From Chiloscyllium plagiosum (lineage: Eukaryota): 64,000 bases of DNA. Where the stretch lies: NCBI RefSeq assembly GCF_004010195.1, contig NC_057718.1, positions 77,078,079-77,142,078 of the forward strand, read 5' to 3'. Positions 63,010 to 64,000 of the stretch are shown here, in pieces (the first letter of the stretch is position 1; every line of letters starts with the position of its first letter). The notes beneath the pieces were generated by a model that saw nothing but the letters and a program-made list of their open reading frames with translations, searched no databases and was not told where the DNA came from. A program made the translations under genes and the position numbers.

Positions 63010-63112
63010 GTGTTCAGAAGAAGGTTCACTGGACTTGAAACGTTAACCGTGTTTCTCTTTCCACAGGTGTTGCCGTACTTGCTGAGTTTCTCCAGCAATT
63101 TTTGTTTTTTGT
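63010..63112 (+). mobile_element. Family C fragment
   Basis: gtt-cagaaga-a-ggttc-actg-gactt-gaaacgtt-aac...gctgagtttctccagc. Confidence 0.7.
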
Positions 63113-63294
63113 TACTGCTTTCTATTGTCGTCTTCAACCCAGTTTATGAAACTATATATCCACAAACAATAGTTGAGCAATAAGGTCCACATTACCATCA
63201 GTACCTTGAACACAGTAAAGAGGTTTTGTAACAGTGTTTCAGATACTTGATGTGATAAAGGTAGAATATTATAATTTGGAATTTAAACTTTAAA

Positions 63295-64000
63295 AAATAT
63301 ATTTTTATTAAAAATAATTTTTTTTCTTTTGAATATTACAACAAATACAAAACCAAACAATTCAAACCAGTATTAAAAACAAAACCGCTAATTGCACAAA
63401 TAAATACTAACAACTAAGCTAAAAAGGAAAATCTTAACAATAATAATGATGATAACAACTGTAACACAGCTCAGCAAGACAAAACAATAGCTCTTGATGA
63501 TCAAACGCACAAGCTTATACATATTCATATGTTCATAGTTCCTCCCCTCTGGATACCAAACCCATTACCTAGCCATTGCCATGGCTATATAAAGGCTTTT
63601 ATTAGTTTTGTAGACAAATCTGTACCCAAATAGTCCAAAAAGGGTTGCCACGTCTTATAGAAATTCTTAGTTTTATGGTGCACCTTACTCGTCAGAAAGT
63701 CCAAGGGGATGAGCTCCTTGACTAGCTTATGCCAGCCCGTCAGCCTCAGGCGATTTTCCGACACCCACCCTCAAAGAATGTTCTTTCTGGCACAAAAAGT
63801 GAGGATACTGAAAAGCCTTTTCTCGTGTGCATCTAATGAAAGAGAATTAACAAAGTCAAGAAGAAGAGATACAGGGTCCATCTCCACCTCCGTCCCCAGG
63901 CCTTTTCTATTTTGCCTACTACAGCACTCCAGTATGCCAGCAGGTGGCAAGACTGAAGACCACAAATAACCATGCCTATGCTCACTTTACATTTAGAACA
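63295..64000 (-). mobile_element. L1-clade LINE: ORF2 C-terminus and 3' UTR (runs off the window end)
   Basis: Minus strand FCARKNIL*GWVSE...WHKLVKELIPLDFL...FYKTWQPFLDYL, typical of the fish-type L1 ORF2 end; T-rich 3' UTR, with AATAAA and an A-rich tail near 63300. Confidence 0.75.

Noticed and set aside
12864..64000. GPR31 or a second chemokine receptor, expected from mammalian synteny
   Set aside because: No second 7TM ORF or recognisable relic seen on either strand.

Overview
Eukaryotic (vertebrate) genomic DNA, most likely a shark: HE1/V-SINE-type and DeuSINE copies, CR1 LINEs and abundant Penelope-like elements are consistent with a bamboo/carpet shark (inference). It contains one clear protein-coding gene, a single-coding-exon CC chemokine receptor with CCR6 hallmarks (11778-12863, +). 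About 18 kb downstream is a small CpG-rich promoter-like island with an RFX X-box-like motif and a splice donor (~30800-30935), next to a 420-nt assembly gap. An exon-like segment at 41670-41784 resembles the N-terminal coiled coil of CENPJ/CPAP but has an in-frame TAG, suggesting a CENPJ/TCP10-like paralogue that is N-terminally truncated or pseudogenised. Most of the rest is decayed transposons: a near full-length CR1, a Gypsy LTR element, an L1 3' end, old L2/CR1-group LINEs, PIF/Harbinger relics, about 12 tRNA-derived SINEs and many Penelope-like elements (PLEs). The most striking hidden pattern is about 20 minimal hammerhead-ribozyme-like motifs from five families. They occur at PLE ends and in short, often palindromic non-coding insertions flanked by 10-15 bp target-site duplications (TSDs). 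There is also a perfect 43-bp inverted repeat at 49347-49443. All calls were made by eye with no database searches; boundaries not defined by TSDs are approximate.
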